Of a stretch of DNA of 64,000 nt, positions 37,305 to 50,784 are shown piece by piece; within the stretch, counting starts at the first letter, position 1; every line of letters begins with the position of its first letter. The DNA is from Mobula hypostoma. Its lineage: Eukaryota. Location of the stretch: assembly GCF_963921235.1 (NCBI RefSeq), contig NC_086108.1:89282001-89346000 (forward strand), written 5' to 3'. Made by a program: the position numbers and the translations under genes. The notes under the pieces were generated by a model. It made no database searches. It saw only the letters and a program-made list of their open reading frames with translations, and was not told the DNA's origin.

Positions 37305-38929
37305 CAAAGGTTCTTGGGAAACTGAAAGGTCTGAAGGTAGATAAGTTACCTAGACCACATGGAGTACACCCCAGAGTTCTGAAAGAGGTGGGTGAAGAGA
37401 TCATGGAAGCATTAGTAATGATCTTTCAAGAATCACTAGATTCTGGAATGGTTCCAGAGGACTGAAAAACTACAAATGTCACTCCATTGTTCAAGAAGGG
37501 AGAGAGGCAGAAGAAAGGAAACTACAGGCCAATCTATCTGACCTCAATGGGTAGGAAGATGTTGGAGTCGAATATTAAGGATGAGTTCTCAGGGTACTTG
37601 GAGGCACATGATAAAATAGGCCATAGTCAGTATGGTTTCTTCAAGGCAAAATCTTGCCTGACAAATCTGTTGGAGTCTTTGAAGAAGATTCTTCAAGCAA
37701 GATGGGCAAAGGAGAATTGGTTGATGTTGCATACTTGGATTTTCAAAAGACTTTTGACATGGTGCCACACGTGAGGCTGCTTATCAATCTACCACCCCGT
37801 GGTATCACAGGAAAGATCCTAGCATGGATAAAGCAGTGGCTGATTGGCAGGAGGCAAAGAGTGGGAATAAAGGGAGCCTTTTCTGACTGGCTGCTGGTGA
37901 CTAGTAGTGTTGCACAGGGATCGGTGTTGGGACCAATACTTTTTTATTTTATACGTCAATGATTTGGATGATGGAATTGATGGCTTTGTTGTAAAGTTTG
38001 CAGACGATATGAAGATAGGTAGAGGGGAAGGTAGTTTTTAAGAAGCAGAGAGGCTACAGAAAGACTTAAGTTAGGAGAATGGGCAAAGAAATTACAGATG
38101 GAATACAGTGTTAGGAAATGGGTATGGTCATGCACTTTGATAGAAGAAATAAAAGTGTAGACTAGTTTCTAAATGGAGAGAAAATATAAAAAAATCTGAG
38201 GGGCAAAGGGACTTGGGAGTCCTTGTGAAGGATTCCCTAAATTCAATTTGCAGGTTGAGGAATTTGTAGTGAGGAAGGCAAATACAATGTTAGCATTCAT
38301 TTCAATAGGATTAGAACATAATAGCAAGGATGTAATGTTGAAAATTTATAAAACGTTCATAAGGCCTCACTTGGAGTACTGTGAGCAGGTTTGGGACCCT
38401 TATCTTAGAAAGGATATGCTGAAACTGGAGAGGGTTCAAAGGTGGTTAACAAAAATGATTCCAGGATTGAATGGCTTGTCATGTGAAGAGCATTTGATGG
38501 CTGTACGCCTATATTCACTGGAATTCAGAAGAATGAGGGGTGGCCTCATTGAAACCTATCAAATGGTGAAAGGCCTTGATAGTGGATGTGGAGAGGATGT
38601 TAAATATGATAGGACAGTCTAAGACCAGAGGGCACAGCCTCAGATAGAGGGTTGCCCTTTTAGAATGGAGATGAAGAGGAATTTCTTTTGCCAGAGAGTG
38701 GTGAATCTGTGGAATTCTTTGCCACAGGCAGCTGTGGAGGCAAAGTCTTTATGTATATTTATGGCAGAGGTTGATAGATTCTTGATTGGTCAGGACATGA
38801 AGGGATGCATGGAGAAGGCAGGAGTCTGGAGATTGGGGCTGAGAGGAGAATTGGATTACCTATGATGAAATGGTGGAGCAGACCTGATGGGCCAAATAAC
38901 CTAATTCTGCTCCAATATCTTATGGTCTA
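37305..38929 (+). mobile_element. 5'-truncated CR1 (RT region + 3' end), intronic and antisense to PLPPR4
   Basis: ORFs 37487, 37654, 38248 and 38665 match the CR1 ORF2 at 4077-6017; tail ATCTTATGGTCT. Confidence 0.9.
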
Positions 38930-39394
38930 ATGGGGCTTAAGATTTTTTTTGTTTTCCAAATACCTTAGAGTCCAAAAGACTACTTGATAGCAGCTTTGCA
39001 TCCACAGCTCTCAGAAATGGAGAATTCCAATCATTTAAGCCGCATTAAAATTACTTCTCATTCTTCCAAACTCCAATGACTACAGATTCTCCCTTAAACT
39101 CATCTTTGTGGGCAATTCCCTCATACCTGGAATCATTCTACTGAATTCATGATGCACTAACTTCAAGACAAATATAGGACCATAAGACAGGACCATAGGC
39201 CATTCAGCCAATTGAGCTGCCTACATAGATACTGTATATATATCCATCTTTAATTATGGAGATGGAATCTATACCCAACACTTCAAACCCTTCTTAATTC
39301 TTTGCTATACTGTATGCTTACTTTCTACATCTCATAAGGCAGCATGCTGGTATCACTGTACACTTTGACATTAATAGTTTCTCACCATTACAAA

Positions 39395-39797
39395 ACCCCC
39401 AAGAGGACCACAACTTTGTAGTAGGGTTTGGAGCCTTGCATACCTCAATGACCCAGAGAGCTATGTTGGGTGGAGCAGGGCTTTATGCTTTTGCTCTTGG
39501 TAGGATCACCCATGCCAAACAGGTCAAAGGGTAGAGGTCAGACTAATAGTGGGCCACTGGTCCTCCTGGTTCAGGGGTTCAGCTCAGGGCTAACAACCCT
39601 GATTGACAAAACAAAATTGTTATGGAAACAGCAAGTTTCCTTCTACACCTGAGCACAATGGTATACCTGAGTCTGCACTCAGTACTTGCATGACTAACAG
39701 TGATAAAGACCAAGAGGAACCCACTGACATAATGAAGGAAGCCCTGAACACCACCAGAGATGGAGGACCTTCATTGCTGCCCTAAACGCCAGCAGCA
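39395..39797 (+). mobile_element. Probable internally deleted (bipartite) RTE-type non-LTR element
   Basis: The 5' part resembles RTE/Expander 5' UTRs (AATGACCC..GAGCTATGTTG..GGTAGG.TC.CCCATG.CAAACAGGTC). The 3' end reads RWRTFIAALNAS, typical of RTE ORF ends. Recognised from memory only. Confidence 0.5.
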
Positions 39798-39974
39798 TTT
39801 TACAACACAAGAGCAGAATTAGACCATTTTGCCCATTGAGTCTGCTCAATGGTCAGTAAATAAATCACTATTACAAAAAACAATTCTTATCTTATATAAA
39901 AGTGAATAACCTCTCATTTCCCTGTAATTTACTCCAGCTTCCAACTTGCTGAATTGCTTTATCTGACCACCACA

Positions 39975-40170
39975 GTAGCGTAATGCTATTACAGTAGCGT
40001 AATTCTATTATGGCTCAGGATGCCGGAGTTCAATCCCCACGTTGTCTGTAGGTCAGAACATGTAGGGTTTTCAAGTTCAACATGTGGGTTTCCTCCGGGT
40101 GTTTTGGTTTCTTCCCACATTCTAAATAAGTGCTGCTTGGTAGGTTGAGTGGTTACAGTAAACTGTCCAC
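39975..40170 (+). mobile_element. V-SINE-like element
   Basis: GGAGTTCAATCCC B box and GTGGGTTTCCTCCGGGTG block. Confidence 0.55.
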
Positions 40171-41368
40171 ATTGAAAGTGGAAGCATGGAATTTATCATT
40201 TCACCAAAGCTGTTAATGTGAATGATGAGAAGCCAGGGTTGCTTCCTATAATGCTCCAGCTACAAAAGTGTGTCAAGCTAACCCATTTATTTCTACTCCA
40301 TGTTTTTCCTCCCTGAACTACTTCTGTATCCAAGCTAACATTCTGGATTGTTTGAGATGCTGCCAGTAGCCATAGGTGTAACTGCCGGTACTTAGTGGCA
40401 TTTTATGTCAGGAAGCTGTGGCTCTATGGGAGTGTGCACCCTGCTGAAACAATGAAATTCTGATATCACTGGACAACAATGCTGCTGGTTCCTCATTCTA
40501 CAGCTTATTATCCAAGTCGGATTTGTATCAGTTAGTGGCCTCTTCCAATGGCAACACGCAAATGGGGTGTGAAATAATGGGAGGCCTCTGGATTGGTGAA
40601 AGGCCAGGAAGGGGTGGAGTCTTTCAGCAGGGAACAATACAAAGGTGGTAAACAGCAATTAAAGCCACCAACGTAATGTGCGCTAATAGGTAACGGACTC
40701 CTTTGATCACCTAATCTTAGCGCAAAAATTCACATTCATTCGTTAGGTAATCAAAATTATCTCATATAAATTCAGATTAACACACCATAAAAAGGTTTGT
40801 ATTTGTTTCATTATTACCTACAGTACCGCTATGCTGCAAAGAATAAAATAATTAGGCATCTTTCATCTTTTTTCTCCTAGCCCCCATAGAAAAATCGCTG
40901 TTGGGAAGGACAGGAAAGGACAGAGTTCAGGTCATCCATTATTGCTGTTCACTCTCATGCAAAAAGAATCTCTAATCTACTGAGGTAATGAAAGGCTGAA
41001 TAATACTGGAAATGATACCTTAGCTGTACGTTCTGAAGGGGAAGAGGATCAAGACAAAGGATAGTATTGGAAACCCATAAGATTTGATCAAGGGATTTGA
41101 TTAAAACTGAAAATCCAGAAAAGGGTGAAAAGCAAAATTGTTTCCAATGCTTCCAATAAGCAGATGAGGTTTGCTGTTACTGAGATAGAGTTAACGGTTG
41201 GTGGCAATTCCAGTGAAGCAGAGAAATGGATGCTAATTTCCAGTGAAGCGGGGTAATGATTAATGCTAATGGAAGAACCATGTTGATTTCTGCTTTTATT
41301 TGCACTTTAAGAGCGCCATGCACAAATCATTATGCAAATTTAAGCATTATATCTGAAAATGTGAGTGG

Positions 41369-41372
<4 letters not shown>

Positions 41373-41402
<30 letters not shown>
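41373..41402. repeat. (AC)15 microsatellite
   Basis: Read directly from the sequence. Confidence 0.95.
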
Positions 41403-41405
<3 letters not shown>

Positions 41406-43260
41406 TGGACTTGATAAGCATAAGTGAAAGCTAGTTACATTCACTACTGTACATGGTGCACAGTGCATTCAAGATACTTGAAGAGTCTTTGACAAGGCAA
41501 CTAAAAGCAATGGAAACCATAACAGTTATTGATCTTTCAAGAGACCTAGCCCTGTCCAAAGAGCCCTCCAGAAATTTTGGCATTACTCTACTGCACACAT
41601 GGAAGCATCACAATTGGTCCATTCCGTGGACCAAATTTCTCATTTGCATTTCCAATCTTTTCTTATAATACTGATATAGGTACATGCCTTTTGATAAAAT
41701 CTAATCAATATTCTTTTTAAATTAATTTATTCTTGTTGTAAAAGTAGTATATAATTTACAGTTTATATGTGCATACTGCTATTTTGACAGAACAGGGGCA
41801 TTCTTGCACATTTTTCAGATTTAAATACATAATAGTCAGCCCAACAAGATTTTTAACGTGGAACACTTTTCACATGGTCTACAAGAATTCACAAGACTGT
41901 GGTTAGGCAGCAAGCACTGTACTCTTGCAAAAGTATCTGCCAAGGGGTCCAGAGAAAGTGTATCAAACGTATAAATGGTGGATGAAGAAAAGTCATCAAC
42001 AGGAGTATGGGGGTGAAACCTGCAGCACGTGGGACATGTACACTGTGTCTGTGTCAGATGGGTCAAAGGGGGGAGCCTAAGATTTTGTGAGTGAGCCATC
42101 ATGTTACCAGATGATGGTTATTGTCCACTGGATTTACGTAAATGAGGGCTGACCCACAGAATGGGCCACATTACCAAACAGCCTGCTGGTAAAGTCTTCT
42201 GTGTGGCTACTCAATGGAATAACTGGCTTAGACCGTGGTGCCATTGAAAAGTAAAACATGAATCAAATTGTATTAAACTAACTTACCAGGAGATAGCAGC
42301 TTTCTCTCAATGTCACCTAAATATATGGTTGTAGATTACTTTGAAAATGTAGCTGCCACTAATTAGATTTCACCCTCTTTATGTGCATAAAATATGCACT
42401 GCTAAACCTAGTCAAATCTCCAGCAAATATTCAAGAAGTTGGAAAAAAGTTATGTTAGAATTCTGCTTATGTTAGCATTCCCGTTGTTAAAAGTATGTTA
42501 CAGTTCCAGCATCTGCAGAGTCTATTGGGTTTAGACTTGTGGTGTGGAAAAGGAATTTTACACTCAGAAATGTATTCTATGATGGGACCTGTACAGTTTC
42601 CATCTAGAACCACTTGAAGTGGAATCATTAAGAGAGCATGTAGCTCTGAGGAGAATGTAGAAAAAAGCTCCGAAAATGAAGGGGCAACTTGTGATGTTTC
42701 CATTACCTCAGCAACAAAAACAGATGCCAGCAGATGCCGTGTCCAAGACATTGATATCAAAACATAAATCTTTAATTATTAATCCTACCCCTAGATGTTT
42801 CGCTAGTATTCAAGCAAAAGACATCAGTTGCAAGCTTATGACAGGAATGGAGTAAATCTGTAAGTGCACAATTCATAGCATCAAAGTGAACTAAAATAGA
42901 TACCGGAAAATGTCATGTGCAGCAATGTGCATCACACGCATATTTGCTCAGATCATATTCCCCACATGTATAATCTCACCCAGAAATGATGATGTGGTTT
43001 GTGCACAATTTACACATGAAACAGCGGTGCAGATGAATCTAATTTCTCATCTACTGCATCTAATTGCTAGTGCCAAATTCAAATATGTTTGACTATATAG
43101 AGGATCCTTTCCTGCATTGAATCAATTGGTGAACACAAAGCCTATCAACCTCTTTTTTTTGGCAGCAAAAAAATGCAAACAGAACTCTATATCTCTAGAT
43201 TATCTTCATATTATTCAGTGATACTTGAACCTAAATGCTGTAACCAGTGTTTGAACCCAC

Positions 43261-43390
43261 CAACAAATCTGACGGCACGTCGGAGGAATGAGTTGAAGTT
43301 ACAGCCTCCAGCGTTGATGTTCGCCTCGGTTACTATTCCATTTCTTCTTTTTGTCAGACAACAGTAAAGAATACCTTCACCTATCATAAT
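43261..43390 (-). CDS. PLPPR4: PLPPR4 coding exon, 130 nt
   Basis: cag|ATT ATG ATA GGT ... GTT G|gtgggt. Reads [43 protein letters not shown](G). Confidence 0.96.
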
Positions 43391-43799
43391 CTGCAATGAC
43401 AAGGATCGTTAGACGTATTATGCAAGTCATCAGATTGCATACTTCAATTGAAAATCCTTGAGAAACGTTCCCTATAATTTCTCAAAACAATGTTTCAAGA
43501 GTTTATTCAACTTCAGTTTCACTTTTCTTTTCCTTGGTTCTTCTCAAAAAGTTGAGTACCTTAGAAAACCTCATCAGGCAACCATGCCAGACAGTGTTGA
43601 CCAACCACTCAACTCCAGAAAGGGTGTGTTCATGAACTTGCCAATGTATGCATTTACACTGATGTTTCTGATTCAATGTGAATATCTTATTTGATTGTTC
43701 ACTCTTTAGTTCAGAAGGCTTCTTCCTTGATTTGAGATATAGTTGTTCTGTAGAAAAACTTACTGACCACTAAGAAATGGCAATTCATGACAGGTTAAT

Positions 43800-43863
43800 T
43801 GTACACCTGGCTTTTCCCTTATTATGTTTAACCAAAGATGTTTAAAGAAAAGCCAGGTGTACA
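43800..43863. repeat. Perfect 17-bp inverted repeat with 30-nt spacer
   Basis: TGTACACCTGGCTTTTC (43800-43816) and GAAAAGCCAGGTGTACA (43847-43863). Confidence 0.9.
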
Positions 43864-46800
43864 GAATTAGATCACAAAGTAGTCATGATCTTACTGAATG
43901 ACAAAACAACCCTGAGGAGATGAAAGATCTACTCTTCCTCCGAATACCCCAGCACTGTTACAAGGTTAAAACTTGATTTTAATTGAAATTACATTCTTCA
44001 GTTTTAACATTCAGTTTGCTATCTGTTACCTTAAAAGTACATATCTTTTCAATATATGCAAGCATGAAAACTGAAAAGTAGACACTCACTTCCTTTCTTA
44101 AAAGAGATGAATCTACACATATAAATGACTTATCATTAACATCTGTTGCATCTGGGCCTCTGATTTAACTTAGCCTAGGCTTCCTTCCATCAAAATGGTG
44201 TAGAGAAATCCAAAGCTTTCAAGTTTAGTGTTATCATCAGCATTTTCTATATTTTTTTATTTCAGGTTGCCAGCTACTGTAGTAATCTGTTTTAGCAGGT
44301 GGAGATACCATTTGCTGATTGCTTCTGGTCTCTATTCTACAGTGAAGATCCTGATTGGACATTTGTATCTCTAGAAACCCAAAGAGAATTTTGCAGAATG
44401 TTATGTTGTAAAATTTGCCAGCGGTTAGTTAAAGTGCACATCGTAATAGAGGAAATAATGTGAATTGTAGAAGGAAGGAGCAGTAGGGAGAGAAAAAGCA
44501 ATTTGTCATAAATTGATGAATAAAGGTACCTTCATAGTCACTCCCTGAGGCAACACAAATAATTCATGTGTAGTATAAACATTAAGATTGATTTCATAAA
44601 CTGTCATTGCCTGTTGCATACCGTCACCAGCAGATTTTCACACAATGTTCATTAATGTTTCTTTTCAAAACACCCGACAATATCAGAAGACACATCTCGA
44701 GATATAGCAGAAAGTTCCAGTATCCTCTAACTTTATCCCTATATCCACTAAGCTCATCCATATCTCAAGGAAGAAGTTATTCCATTGGAAGTTCTGTAAC
44801 TCTGTGCTAGTAAGCAAACATTTTAAGTTATTATTCCCAGGATCAGAAGCAGTGTATTTAGTTCAATTGTCTACCGAGGGAAAAGCAATGCAAGGTTCCC
44901 CTCTCATACAATAAGTGTGGACATGTTTACAGCCTAAAACTACTGATAATTTTGACTGCTTGATATGCTCCCTATGCTTATTCTGACATTAGCTGCATGG
45001 AGTCAGACTGACAGATGATAGCTCTGAATGTATTGCCTTTGAACTCTTGATGCAGAGGTCACTTCCTCAAACTCTGAAGAAACTTGAATGGAATTAGTGC
45101 ACTCAGCATAAAATGGACTAACCGGTGCCTAGTATGAACTAAACTGCAGAATTTAAACTCTTTACTATCGTAGTAACTATAATCTTATCAATAGCAGAAT
45201 GCGGTGTTAGGAACTCATGGAAAAAGAGACTCAGGTAACTTACTTACAGCTAAAATTCCTGAGATGGCTGACTGCACAAGGTTGACTAACTGCCTTTTTA
45301 AGAAATGTTAATGCATGAATCTACTCACCATGTAATTTAAATACTAAAAAGGACAATAACATTTATATATTGGAACTTCACTCAAGTAAAATGGCATTTC
45401 TTAAGCTTTCAACAGAAATCATCTAAAACCTTATTATTTGTGTTTTAAATTTGAAGGCTATGCAGAAATAACTGGTGCTTTAGCTTTAGATCCTAACTCT
45501 GGTTGGCTTAGTGCCAGTTTAATATTTCTGATGTTCTTGCATTGAGAGTATCAACTAAAGTTTAATAAAAGAGGAATGTAGCTCACAATGATAAAGAAAA
45601 ATGGTGCAGGAATTCTAATGATAAGAGCAATGCATTATAAAAAAATATCTGAGTGCTGATAGCGATCTCCTTAGGTACCACAGGCAGATGCAAAGAAATT
45701 GTTGGCCATGACATCAAATGACTTGTTTTGATGTTGTTTGTGTGAAATTGTACCGAGCAGATAAAGCCAGCAAGTGCTCTGGGTTCAAACACAGGAACAG
45801 GTTGCACCTGGGTTATGAGGCCAGCTTCTGCACTTTGTAAAGGGTCACAGCATACCTAGCCAGCTTCCACTTCGCTGATCACTTCTACAGACATCATTAG
45901 GCCAAAACACCCAAACACCACCATGCTTTCCTAATGAATGTAAAACAGTTGCCTAATTTGGAACAAGTTTTGAACTATAGATCAACACAAATGGTTGGGA
46001 AGAGATTATAATTATGTATACATATGTATATATGTATGAAATATAGGGACAGAGGTATACTGTTGTGACAGAGCAAAGATTAATTTACTGTATTATTGAT
46101 GAATTAATAAAGCAGGAGAAAGGGTAAGAATTTTCTTCATTAAGGGACAGCTATTTTCATATTATTGCAGCCCAATTATGCAGGGAAATTAATAATTAAC
46201 ACTGTTTGTGTTAATTTCAATTTGTGGATTATTATTTTATTGCATGGACAGAGCAGAGAAATTAAGATTCGGCAAGAGTCTGATGGTGCAAGAAGCTTGT
46301 CGTCTATTCTTTTGCATTTCCCTATGCAATTTGGCTAGGAAATGCTAAAAGCCTACAGGATAAACATTTCTGCCATGGTATGGAATTTCCCCTAGATCTG
46401 CACCATTTCTGCAGTCAAAATTACACCGTGTGGGTCATTGGAATATTCTCACCATGAAGTCAAAGGAGTATTAATTACACTGCAAATATATGGATTCTGT
46501 TTGCTATTAAAATTACTAGTATTTTCTACAACATCACTCAAAGTCCATCCTTGTTTTAATAATATCTGGATATTTTAAAATTATTTATATTTATTAATTA
46601 TTTAAGGTCAAAACTAGTTTTAACTTGTTAGGAACTGATGCAAATCCCACCCAAAATGTTCGGCACAAATGACATACATTCTGAGGTATAAAATAAATTA
46701 CATGATGACTCACAGACTCAGCTTATAGACTTAAATAAAATCTAGATATCACAGGATGAAATGATGATGAAATAGAAAATAAATAGAAGAGAAAATGTGT

Positions 46801-46882
46801 ACAGGAGATATAGATGTCACTTACATGCTAGCTCGTAATGATCAGCTCCATGTAATCATCACATTTTTGGGTCTTAAGTAAT

Positions 46883-47096
46883 ACACTCCTTTACCTACTA
46901 AGGTGAACACTAGGTATATGTTTATGTTCTTCTGCTGCTGTAATCATCCACCTCAAGGTTCAATGAGCTCTGTGTTCAGAGACACTCCTCTGCACACCCA
47001 GTGTTGCAACATATAGTTATTTGAATTGGTTACTCTTTTCTGACCTCTCTTATTAACAAGGCATTTTTGTCCACAGAACTGCCATTCGCTGGATTT
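46883..47096 (-). mobile_element. Truncated second copy of the Tc1 derivative at 14163-14706
   Basis: TGCTGCTGTA..CATCCAC.TCAAGGTTC.ATGAG shared with 14240-14280. Confidence 0.65.
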
Positions 47097-49837
47097 TTAG
47101 TGCCAATTTAATATTTCTGAAGTTCTTGCATTGGGAGTTTTAACTAAAATTAATAAAAGAAGAACGTAGCTCACCAAGGGACATGCATTATTAGTGTATG
47201 ATACTTCAGTTTTTGTGCTTGTGTAAGATTTTCAGAGGTTCAACATAGGAAAATCACAATTATGAAATAATAGGTTTAAAATTGTGTAGCTGCAGGAAAA
47301 GTCTTCAAACTTGCTTCCATTTGGGAGGCCTGCACCATTTTTATGTGAGGATCACTGGATGGTGCCGTTGTGGAACTAGTGTAGGGAATCATTTAGATTG
47401 CACATCACAGGTGCAAGAAAGTGAATTGGGGATTAGTGAGAGAACAGGGGAGCAGGAGTACAGAAGCTTAATGGGGAATGGAGGCAAGGTTGGCTATGAT
47501 TCAGAGAGAATCTGGTGGGACAATGCACAGAAATGTGATGAGGATGGTTGGTGGTAGTGTGATTTAGGTACTGTACCATTCATTGATCAGGCTAAAAGGT
47601 AACTGCAGGGTTGAGCAGAGCGGTGAATGGAAATTATGAGTGCACAGAACAGGCTGTCGAGGGAGGGCAACAGAGGATTGTCAGCAACTGGAGTTCAAAG
47701 CAAGAAGAGTGACTGCGAACACTAAGACAGCCACTCACAGGGAGATGTTGCTGACAGATGATGGACTCCTCAGGCTCCCTGTTTGTTGGGCTATCATGCA
47801 GAGAATGAGTGACATAGCTTGTGTGCTGCTTCATGTTGCTGGCCTGCATGGAGGCCTCCATATGTCACAGGCTTGGAGGACCCTCCCTTGTTATCAGGAA
47901 GTGTGTTGCTGCTGTTCCATGTAAAGATTTGTGTTTTCTTTGATAAAATTAATAGTGTGGCAACAACAATGTTGTGCTTTGTGATACTGCTTTTAGACCA
48001 TATATCTTCTGATTGCCCATCGAAAAATCAATTTGTGTTATTATGCTATTAAAAAAACTTAATTCTGCTTACATTATCAACCATTAAAGCTATCAAAACC
48101 CTTAGCATTCAAACATATCTAAAAAGCTTCACTTCATTTTCATATGTAAAGAAGCAACCATTTTAAATGAGTTCTAACAGCCTGCAGTAACTTTGTCTAC
48201 AGTGATTTTGCTGGGAAGTGAAATATTACTCTTCCAAGCTGTGAATTTAATTTCCATTCCAACCCAATATAATTCAGTCTGTGACCATGTAAACAACCTT
48301 AATTTCCACTAAATTAAATTCAATGGACTGCATCAAGTGCTCAGTTCTGTATCTGATGTAAAGAGCGTGGAGAATTTTGAATTCTCAAAATCCATCATTG
48401 TAATCAGATCTCTTTGGCACTTGATATATTAAGACGCAGTCCATAAGCATAACTTCTGTGAATTGGATTTGTTAAAATCTTTGATAGAGTTTTTCTTTCT
48501 GTTTAGTATCTTTCTATGTTGATTGCTTGGTTCTCTTTCATATGCCCATCAACCTCTCCCTGATTCTCTTCTCACTGTGTCTCACAGATTCTCTTCTTAC
48601 CTTTAGACCTTTATTAGGTTTGGATGCATGGTTTTGAGGGCAGATTGGGGAGCTAGGGGTCAGGTTAGGGCTTAGGAACAGAAATGCTGGGGAATTAGAG
48701 GACAGGTTGGAACCTAAGCCTCTGCTCTGTGTTCAAAGGCAAGTGGTGAGGGAGTGGTTGGGCGTTGGGCTAATATTTCATGTTCCATCTTAGGTGAGAC
48801 GGGAATTCAATACTTGGTTTTCAGAGTCCAGTCATTGGTGAGTTTGGCATTCAAGGCCTGGAGTTCTGATCCTCATTTAGCATCGTCTGTGAGTCCTGTG
48901 TTGATACTGAAGATCAAAGCTCAAAGGTCGATCAGGAGTCCGGATCGAAGCCTGAAGGTCGATCGGAAATCCAGAGGTCGAGACTCGATGGCCAGAGCCT
49001 AGGGGTATGAACCTCTGTGAGTCTGCTGGGGAAGTCAGGGCCTCATGTCAGTGAGTCCACAAATCAATGGGAGGCTGGAGGCTGAAGAAGTGAGCCTGTC
49101 CTGGGGTTAGAGGGCTATGTATGTATGTGGGTGGGTCAAAGGGAGGGAGGAAGAAACTGTCCTTGTTTCGCTATTGTTGATTTGTTGCTGTGTATTTTCT
49201 ATTTTGTTGTATTCTGTGTTGTTCTGCCAAGCCTTGTGGGCATGCTATGTTAGTAGAGGAGTGGTGATACTTGCAGGCTTCCTGCAGCACATCCTTGAGT
49301 GTGTTGGTTGTTAATGCAAATGACACATTTCACTGCATGTATCAACATACATATGATAAATAAATCTAAGTCTGGATCCATAGCTCTAGAAATCCGATCT
49401 TTCCTCTGTTCAGGACCCACACATTGCCAGTATCACAGCTATACGCTGCAGACTAACTGATGTCACTGCTATGTGCCCGAAAGTCTCCTTGTGCATACTG
49501 AAAGCCAAAGTACAATTTTCACAAGAGTCCCATATGTATACTGAGTTGCTGATCATTTTATTGACTTTCTGATCAAATCAGCTATAGATACAAACGTTCC
49601 ATACATGATCAACAATGCCCAAAACATACATGGTAGAATTTCCAGTTATGTTTTTCTGAAAAAAGATATTTTCATTTGGACCTATAATACCAAACTTGCA
49701 GTCCCCAGTATTAACCTCCTCACCTTATTTAGGAGCATAAGAACATAAGAAAGTTTTATCAGGAGCAGGCCATTTATAAGTTTGCCCTGACATTCGATAT
49801 GATCACGGTCTATTTGCCCCGCATCTCATCTCCTCTT

Positions 49838-50552
49838 AAACATAGAAACATAGAAAATAGGTGCAGGAGTAGGCCATTCGGCCCTTCGAGCCTGCACCGC
49901 CATTCAGTATGATCATGGCTGATCATCCAACTCAGAACCCTGTACCTGCCTTCTCCCCATACCCACTGATCCCTTTAGCCACAAGGGCCACATCTAACTC
50001 CCTCTTAAATATAGCCAATGAACTGGCCTCAACTGTTTCCTGTGGCAGAGAATTCCACAGATTCACCGCTCTCTGTGTGAAGAAGTTTTTCCTCATCTCG
50101 GTCCTAAAAGCCTTCCCCTTTATCCTCAAACTGTGACCCCTTGTTCTGGACTTCCCCAACATCGGAAACAATCTTGCTGCATCTAGCCTGTCCAATCCCT
50201 TTAGGATTTTATACGTTTCAGTAAGATCCCCCCTCAATCTTCTAAATTTCAGCAAGTATAAGCCTAGTTGATCCAGTCTTTCATCATATGAAAGTCCTGC
50301 CATCCCAGGAATCAATCTGGTGAACCTTCTTTGTACTCCTTCTATGGCAAGAATGTCTTTCCTCAGATTAGGGGACCAAAACTGCACACAATAATCCAGG
50401 TGTGGTCTCACCAAGGCCTTGTACAACTGCAGTAGTACCTCCCTGCTCCTGTACTCGAATCCTCTTGCTATGAGTGCCAGCATACCATTCGCATTCGCCT
50501 TTTTCACCGTCTGCTGTACCTGCATGCCCACTTTCAATGACTGGTGTATAAT
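49838..50552 (-). mobile_element. 5'-truncated young CR1 with (CTATGTTT)n tail, apparently nested in an older CR1 3' end
   Basis: Open 201-aa RT C-terminus at 49932..50537; tail AAACATAGAAACATAG. Confidence 0.9.
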
Positions 50553-50784
50553 GCCAGATCCCCACTGTCCTTCATTCCCTGGGTTTTCAAAATAATGACA
50601 TTAAGTAGCTCAAATTCAGCTCATCCAAGGAACTTTCCTACAGTGCGGAGTCCCAACTTAAAATAGCCAAGCTAAGATCCCACCTTCTACAAGGTCTCTG
50701 GGAATTCTGGAATTGGCAAGAAGCTATAAAGTGGTAAATCCCCTTGGTCCACTTTATGACTAGACAGGAGAAAATTCCTTGAAT

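Noticed and set aside
45235..45335. Strong minus-strand donor-like motifs (GTAAGTAA, ATG|GTGAGT) in intron
   Set aside because: No matching acceptor or coding similarity found, and the flanking exons already join in frame.
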